From Octopus bimaculoides (Eukaryota): a stretch of DNA of 64,000 nt. Position numbers and translations under genes: made by a program. Position 1 is the first letter of the stretch; every line of letters starts with the position of its first letter. A model generated the notes under the pieces. The model was not told where the DNA came from, did not search any database, and saw only the letters and a list, made by a program, of their open reading frames with translations. The stretch spans positions 750,528 to 814,527 of the forward strand of contig NC_068998.1 in assembly GCF_001194135.2 (NCBI RefSeq), given 5' to 3'. Positions 55,661 through 64,000 of the stretch are shown one piece after another.

Positions 55661-55782
55661 GTGCTTTGATATGTGAATGTGTAGCTGTGCTTGTATATAT
55701 ATATGTGTAGATGTGTGTGTGAGAGAGTAAATGTGCATTTGAATGTATATGTACAGGTGTGTGTGTGTGATGTTCATCTTAC

Positions 55783-55929
55783 CTGCTTTTTTGGTGCCGC
55801 CATGTTTCCTGGCCAATTCCTGTGTGGGATTGAGACCCACACAACGAAGTAAGTCTCCAACTTTAACAGCATCAATCAATCCGTCTCTGCCATCCCAGAA
55901 ATCGAACAGATCGAACACATCCTGTACCT
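55783..55929 (-). CDS. ELC: Myosin essential light chain paralogue B, exon with EF-hand I
   Basis: tctttcaattctgcag|AG ... G|gtaaga, 147 nt. (E)VQDVFDLFDFWDGRDGLIDAVKVGDLLRCVGLNPTQELARKHGGTKKA. Confidence 0.97.
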
Positions 55930-57120
55930 CTGCAGAATTGAAAGACAGAAAGAATGAAGAAAAACAAATTAATTAGAAATGTCACTTGAACCACAATAAT
56001 TATATTTTATTATCACAGTTATAAAGACGAAGAGAATTAAGATGCAGTGGCGTTCATCACTTTTTAACATTAATTTCACTTTGAAAATATGAAATTCCAC
56101 GCAGAGATGTTCTCACTCAGCCAAGTATGATGTCACTCACTCAGAGCTGTTGGTTGGTATTGAACCCACCAGCACATAACTCATGTAGCGAGACTTCATA
56201 AATAGCAACATCCTGGTTTCAATGCTTCGTGGAGTTCCATCTAAAATGTATGGTCTTCGACTCAATGACTGCTGCCACGTGAACTCACACTCCGAGGCTG
56301 AACGGTCTCGATGAAACTAAGGTCAGAATTACGAGAACTTGGTTTTGGGAATACAGAAAGGTGAACTCTGAAAAGGTTTTACGAGGTTCCTCTTGACTGA
56401 GGGGGCGACATGAATCAACGATTCTATGGAAGTACAGAAGCAACACAATGCTATCTATGGATATCTATAGAGGCAGATAGAACTCGTTCCGGTGTCTTTC
56501 TATGGAGATATAAACAAGTGTGTATGAAAGTTTACTGAGATGTAAATCATTTCAAGAGGATGTCAGTGGAGATATCAACAATTCTATAAAGCGTCTCTAA
56601 CAACTGAGATACATAAGCCACTCCATAAGAATCTCTCTCACTCTCCCTCCCCCCTCTCTCTCTCCCTCTCTCTCTCTCTCTCCCTCTCTCTCTCTCCCTC
56701 TCTCTCTCTCTNNNNNNNNNNNNNNNNNNNNNNNNNNNNNNNNNNNNNNNNNNNNNNNNNNNNNNNNNNNNNNNNNNNNNNNNNNNNNNNNNNNNNNNNN
56801 NNNNNNNNNNNNNNNNNNNNNNNNNNNNNNNNNNNNNNNNNNNNNNNNNNNNNNNNNNNNNNNNNNNNNNNNNNNNNNNNNNNNNNNNNNNNNNNNNNNN
56901 NNNNNNNNNNNNNNNNNNNNNNNNNNNNNNNNNNNNNNNNNNNNNNNNNNNNNNNNNNNNNNNNNNNNNNNNNNNNNNNNNNNNNNNNNNNNNNNNNNNN
57001 NNNNNNNNNNNNNNNNNNNNNNNNNNNNNNNNNNNNNNNNNNNNNNNNNNNNNNNNNNNNNNNNNNNNNNNNNNNNNNNNNNNNNNNNNNNNNNNNNNNN
57101 NNNNNNNNNNNNNNNNNNNN

Positions 57121-57180
<60 letters not shown>

Positions 57181-57332
57181 CGCGTGCGTGCGTGCATTTG
57201 TGAGTGTAACGCGTGTACGTATATGTATGTATATGTATATATTTATATCTATCTTTACGTGTATATATATATAACAGATGTTTTCACTTAGTCTATCGAA
57301 AGTTGCCTACTTTTCATAATTATCTGAGTCTA

Positions 57333-57447
57333 GTGCCACCTCGTGGCACGTTATAGCACCTTGAGGAACTTTGTGACACTTGCTGGCACCTCATGGCACC
57401 TACTGACACTAACTGATATCTATTAGCACCTTATAGCATCTACACCT
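57333..57447. repeat. Degenerate 10-bp minisatellite (ttatggcacc-like)
   Basis: About 11 imperfect units (tcgtggcacg, ttatagcacc, ttgtgacact, tgctggcacc, tcatggcacc, ...). Confidence 0.75.
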
Positions 57448-59533
57448 GCCAGGCGCTCTGTCGGTAGCTTTGATCTAGCTATTTGCCTAATGAGCGCCAT
57501 ATAAGACAGTAAACCAGCCAAATTTTGAAACATTCAGAATTAACTCCATCAAAAATAAACAAATTGTAAATAAAGAAGATAAAAACATAAATCTAGCAGA
57601 GTTTTTCCTAATCCATTTTAAAAATTCCAATATCTCTGAGAATTGGCAATAGTTTATAGAGGCCGCACGCAGTTTATTATTGAAAATGACACCAAAACAT
57701 TAATCTGCTGCCAAGATATCAACCGCCTGCTTACTTTCGAAAACATAAGCAGCTTTCAGAGATATCCTGCCATTCTTTCGTTTCTTTATTGCTGTCTTTG
57801 TACTCTCCTTGCCTGACTTCAAGCTATCAGAAAGGCCAATTAGCGTTATTATCTTTGGCGTGAAGGGCGCTCCGTTGGCAGTAGCCTTAAAGCGTCAGAT
57901 AAAATGTCTTGCGGTGTTTATTACGACGCTATACATTCTAAGTTCAAATCGTACCGAAGTCAGTTTTGCTTTTCATTTCTCTGGACTCAATAAAATAAAG
58001 CACCCGTCAAAGGTTGGGATTGGTTTAGCCCTCACTCCCGCCAGATTACGAACCTTTATTATCGTCGGTGTTCTGGGGTCGTGAGCAAAATAGAGTTCAG
58101 CTGTGTAACAGCTGAACTCCTGGTGATACATGCACAGGTAAATCTGTATTCAAGCATTCTTATTCACGTGCATGTTCTTTTATTCTTTTACTTGTTTCAG
58201 TCCTTTGATTGCGGTCATGCTGGAGCACTGCCTTTAGTCGAACAAATCGACCCCAGGACTCATTCTTTATAAACCTACTACCTATTCTATCGGTATCTTT
58301 TGCCGAACCGCTATGTTACGGGAGCGTTTAAAGAAAAGGAAGAACGCATTGGACAATATAGTCTTCGATATACATCAAAAGACAGAGTTTTCATAGCAGG
58401 AACAGTCTTTCCTTCTGGCAACTCAGTTTTGTCTCGGTGCTTAAATATGGTCCAGCCATGTTTGTGGCTTTAATGTAAACAATGTTGCTGTTCTATCATC
58501 GAAACCATTTCTTAGACTTATTGGGATTGAACAAAGACTGAAATTCCCAAAAAACGACCTTCAAAGAGAATATTTTTGATTACATAGTATTCAAACACTT
58601 CTGCTGTATTCCAGAGCAAGGAAACACAAACCGGTTAAACTTTAAACCAATCAACAAGGACTAAATTTCTCCGCAAATTCTGGTAAACTTTAATGGAGAT
58701 GGAACCATAAAACATCTCTAAAATATAGACATGAGTAAATTATTTCAATGGATTTTAAGGCGGTGAGCTGGAAAATCTGTTAGCATGCCGGACAAAATGC
58801 TTAGTGGGTTTTCGTCTGTCAATACGTTCTGAGCTCAAATATCGTCGAGGTCGAACATGTCTGTCATTCTTTCGTGGTTGATAAAATAAAGTACCAGTTG
58901 AGTACTTGATTCAATGAAATCGACTTTACCTCCTCCTCCTCCTCTCCTCACCAAATTTCAGGTTTTGTTTCTATCGTGGAAAAGATTATTACAATTATCT
59001 CCCTTTTTCAAGCTAGACGTCATCTTTTAAACAGTTTCTGATCCTCGAAATGGCACAAGAGTAATCCAGGCTTGGCATTACCCTCATCTTGAGTCACTCC
59101 CGCTCATCCCCCCACCACAACCGAATTTGGATGGCCCTAAAGGGACTTCTTTCACTTTGACTCCCTCCTACCCGGGTAACTAGAAGTGCCCCGAAACGAT
59201 CTGTTCAACGTCACCTCTTCCTCGATTAAGACTAAGGAACTATTTACGAAACGAGGTCATCACCCTAGACATTTGCAGAAGATAAGCAAAATGGCAAAGA
59301 ACAGAGACACACAGACACACAGACAATTTTACATACAAGCATACCGACATCAAACACATACACACACACGGACGTAAACAGGTAGACATGCAGGTAGATT
59401 ACATACACCCCTCCACACACACACAGATACATACACTCACAGAAAGGAGCAGACATATTCCCATGCACACCAGACGCCACACACCCAGACAAAGACAGAC
59501 ATAAACAGACCCTCTCCCTCCCCAACACCTAAG

Positions 59534-59583
<50 letters not shown>

Positions 59584-59726
59584 ATGATATACACAATGCC
59601 TGTATGTTTACAGGAAGAAGGTAAAGTGGCAAAACTATTTCTTCCTGGTTTCCTTTAAAACACCGGCACACACACATTATATATATATATAAATGTGTGT
59701 GTATATATATATATATATATATACTC

Positions 59727-59818
<92 letters not shown>

Positions 59819-60202
59819 GAGTGTGGGAGGGAAACGTTTTGGTTAAAAGCCAAGAGATAATACTGATGATGCGACATGAAGAAAATGTGTGTCTGTGTGT
59901 CTATGAATGTTATGTGTTGCATATGTGTGTATGCATGTATATGTATGTGTATGCATGTATGTGTTTGTGCATGCATGTATGTGTTTGTCTGTCTCTGTGT
60001 GTGTTGGTTTGCGCGCGCACGCGAGCGTGTGCGTGTATGCATAGGTGAAGGGGATGGTGGTGTACATAGCTATAGGTATACGTCCGCGCGAGTGTATACG
60101 CGTGTTAATACGCTTGTCTATATTGTAGATAGCAATGTGTGAATGTGTGCACACGTCCGTTTATTTGTTTGCCTGTATACATGCGTGCACGCGCATGTAG
60201 GT

Positions 60203-60263
<61 letters not shown>

Positions 60264-60347
60264 GAGAGTGAGAAAGAGAGAATGAGGAAGTATTATCTTT
60301 CTCTCTTAATGAAATAAAAATAATAGTGAATTATTTTACTCTTAATA

Positions 60348-60394
<47 letters not shown>

Positions 60395-62266
60395 AATTGT
60401 CCAGTAAATCAGAAATTCTCACGTTGAAATTACTTTAGAATGTTTTTGCTGTGTATGTGAGTGTGTGATGGGAGGTGTTAATATTTTAAAAATTAATTGC
60501 AATGTGGCTATCTTCAATGTAAGGTTTGTCTGTCTGAACGCGCGTGAAACTATTGACATCACATTGTCATTGCAGACAGAGCCACCGCAAACCATGACAA
60601 TCACAGATGCTGCCATCTATAATAAGCCAGGCTTCGTCAATAAAGAACAAAAACAAAAAAGCCAACAGAATTGATCTCCATATAGAGACACAGACAAAGT
60701 TCTTAGTTTTTTGTAGGACAACAAAGGAATAACATGTGACGTCATACAGCATACGACATGTCACAATTTTGTTTATTTTGCGTGCTTAGCCGCTGCGAAA
60801 TTGACGTGTCCAATGGTGAGTGTGTCTGTGCGCGCTTGTGATCACGGCTGGTGGGGTGCGTGTATGGTGTGTGGTTGTATATGTATCCATGTATGTATGT
60901 ATATGTACACATATATATGTATGTGTGTGTGTGTGTGCATGCATACATACATGAATGCATACACAACCACACCGTGCGCCAATCTCTGTTTTTTTTCTCG
61001 CTCTATCTCTCTCTCCACACACACACACACACACACACACATATTTATGCAGAGAGATTGGCAAACTGAGAGACAGATAATCTGACATGTATGGTGCTTG
61101 CCAATATATCAATATGACGACACTGGAAGATTCCAAGTCATGAACGGACGAGACAACGCACCCCAAATTCCACTCAGGGGTGATGGACAATGATGTTTCG
61201 CCATTTTGCGGCTTATCAGCTTGACGTCCCTGAACCGAATCAGAGATGATTCATATCGCCAGTCCACGACTTATACGCATATAGTGTGAAAACTATGTGC
61301 TGATATGCTCGGATACTGCATATGGAAGAATAAATTCAAATGTGGAATAGAAGCAGCGATATTATAGTCAACATTATCGACCACATATACATAATGTATA
61401 TACTCTGTGTATTTGCAGCTAGGCCGTGGACTAGCGTTCTATTCACTTCCGATTCGGTTCGAGTACGTGAAGGTGATAAGCCACAAAGATGGTGGAACAT
61501 CGATGTCCAACAATCGGGAATGGGATTTCGGGTGAGTGGGGTATATGTATGTGTGGTGTGTATATATGTGTCTATATGTATGTGTGTTTGTGCGTGTGTG
61601 TGTTGGTGCGCGCGCGTATGTATGTACATATGTATGCATGCTAGTATGTATGTATGTATGTATGTATGTATGTATGTATGTATGTATGTATGCGTGTATA
61701 TGAGTGTGAGTGTGCAAGGGCGCGTGTGTGTGTGCATCTGATGAACGTGACTGAATCGGCGTTAGCATATCGCGAGTAGAATTAGATGGGTATACCATAA
61801 AAGGGGGGGGGGCGATGTGGTGGGCGATGGGATGGTGAATACCCGGATGGCAGATGGACAGTGGATGAGGCGCAGAATAAATATTTATGTTAGAAANNNN
61901 NNNNNNNNNNNNNNNNNNNNNNNNNNNNNNNNNNNNNNNNNNNNNNNNNNNNNNNNNNNNNNNNNNNNNNNNNNNNNNNNNNNNNNNNNNNNNNNNNNNN
62001 NNNNNNNNNNNNNNNNNNNNNNNNNNNNNNNNNNNNNNNNNNNNNNNNNNNNNNNNNNNNNNNNNNNNNNNNNNNNNNNNNNNNNNNNNNNNNNNNNNNN
62101 NNNNNNNNNNNNNNNNNNNNNNNNNNNNNNNNNNNNNNNNNNNNNNNNNNNNNNNNNNNNNNNNNNNNNNNNNNNNNNNNNNNNNNNNNNNNNNNNNNNN
62201 NNNNNNNNNNNNNNNNNNNNNNNNNNNNNNNNNNNNNNNNNNNNNNNNNNNNNNNNNNNNNNNNNN

Positions 62267-62328
<62 letters not shown>

Positions 62329-62533
62329 TGTGTGTGTATGTGTGTATGTGTGTGTGTGTGAGTGTGTTTATGCGTATATATGCATATATACTTATGCGCA
62401 AGCATACACACACTTGCGCGCGCACGTATTCGAGATCGTATTGAATTCTACACAGCGGCTAATCTTTCAATATTTATCGCAACACCAAATATGCAAAACT
62501 TTTATATATACCCATACATACGTACGCGCGCGC

Positions 62534-62589
<56 letters not shown>

Positions 62590-62731
62590 GCGCATCGCAC
62601 GCAGACATATGTATACATGTTTGTATATTTACGCACGCATATATATACATGTACGTGTCTATGTAAGCGTGCGCATATGTATGGGCCTGTATCGACACAT
62701 TACTAATGCTATCATTATTACTATGATTATC

Positions 62732-62780
<49 letters not shown>

Positions 62781-64000
62781 GCAAAGAGATTTCTTTAGAA
62801 AACAACAGAATAGAAAATAAAACTAGTTAGTAAGTTAGAAGAAGCACATAAAAGTGGGATTGCAAAGGACGTGCCAGCGGCGCGTATGGCGCTCGACCAT
62901 TTCTCCGACGTAAAACATGAAAGCAGTACTATCCGATCTAGGGAGCGTGTCTTGAAACACGAAGGCTCAAAAGCCGTTGGTTGGGACGGAGAGCGGAGGC
63001 ACAGCATGAAAACAAATCTAGGATTCGCTCTCTGGCGGACCGCAGTGGTCATGTGCCCTCCGATTCCAAACAGATGNNNNNNNNNNNNNNNNNNNNNNNN
63101 NNNNNNNNNNNNNNNNNNNNNNNNNNNNNNNNNNNNNNNNNNNNNNNNNNNNNNNNNNNNNNNNNNNNNNNNNNNNNNNNNNNNNNNNNNNNNNNNNNNN
63201 NNNNNNNNNNNNNNNNNNNNNNNNNNNNNNNNNNNNNNNNNNNNNNNNNNNNNNNNNNNNNNNNNNNNNNNNNNNNNNNNNNNNNNNNNNNNNNNNNNNN
63301 NNNNNNNNNNNNNNNNNNNNNNNNNNNNNNNNNNNNNNNNNNNNNNNNNNNNNNNNNNNNNNNNNNNNNNNNNNNNNNNNNNNNNNNNNNNNNNNNNNNN
63401 NNNNNNNNNNNNNNNNNNNNNNNNNNNNNNNNNNNNNNNNNNNNNNNNNNNNNNNNNNNNNNNNNNNNNNNNNNNNNNNNNNNNNNNNNNNNNNNNNNNN
63501 NNNNNNNNNNNNNNNNNNNNNNNNNNNNNNNNNNNNNNNNNNNNNNNNNNNNNNNNNNNNNNNNNNNNNNNNNNNNNNNNNNNNNNNNTATATATATATA
63601 TATATATGTACACATGCATATATGGGTACACGACGTCACCAATGGTGCAAACAACGTGTAATACGTAAACAAACGAGGGAAAAACGAATGAAAAACGAGT
63701 GAAATACGTAAACAACGAGAAAAAAAAAAGGAAAACAGGACAAGTTAACCAAGAGAAAGGACCTTTATCAGTTGCCAGCTGTCTATCTACTCCTTATTTC
63801 GAGCATTCAACGACATTTCACTCGTTTTTCTCTCGGCAAGAATGACCCTTGACCATTTCTTCATTGTTGGAGCTAAGGTCAGTATTGCGGGGGTGGAATG
63901 TTGGTGTTTGTTAGGTCAATGTTACCATGCCAAATCTGCAGCTAGAGAACATTTACAAATCTTATCAGTTATTTGCTTCATAAAAAAAATTAAAAAATCT

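Noticed and set aside
62871-63076. GC-richer open stretch next to a gap
   Set aside because: No recognisable protein or RNA motif, and it is truncated by Ns.

Overview
Eukaryotic, AT-rich, microsatellite-saturated draft-assembly DNA with many N gaps. The ELC sequence and repeat content point to a coleoid cephalopod, probably Octopus (inference). The only supportable host genes are two convergent (tail-to-tail) paralogues of the molluscan muscle myosin essential light chain (ELC). ELC-A is on + (coding exons 29528-29674, 30331-30498, 30922-31008, 31316-31365; probable ATG-only first exon at 18265). ELC-B is on - (55929-55783, 55221-55054, 53046-52960, 48956-48919; first coding exon(s) not found). 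Both have identical 147/168/87-nt phase-1 exons and keep the DFWDGRDG Ca2+ loop, but they are only about 59% identical by hand count and differ in the C-terminal tail. The rest is decayed mobile DNA: RTE LINEs, R4/Dong-like RLE retroelements, mariners, Penelope-like RT relics and tRNA-derived SINEs. Nearly all long ORFs in the supplied track are microsatellite or N-gap artefacts. The most unusual signal is a set of minimal hammerhead-ribozyme motifs (7662-7717, 40227-40272, 54484-54532, 54809-54857). The last two are a U3-A8 core-variant pair in the arms of a ~480-bp inverted repeat inside an ELC-B intron. A second hairpin lies in the same intron.
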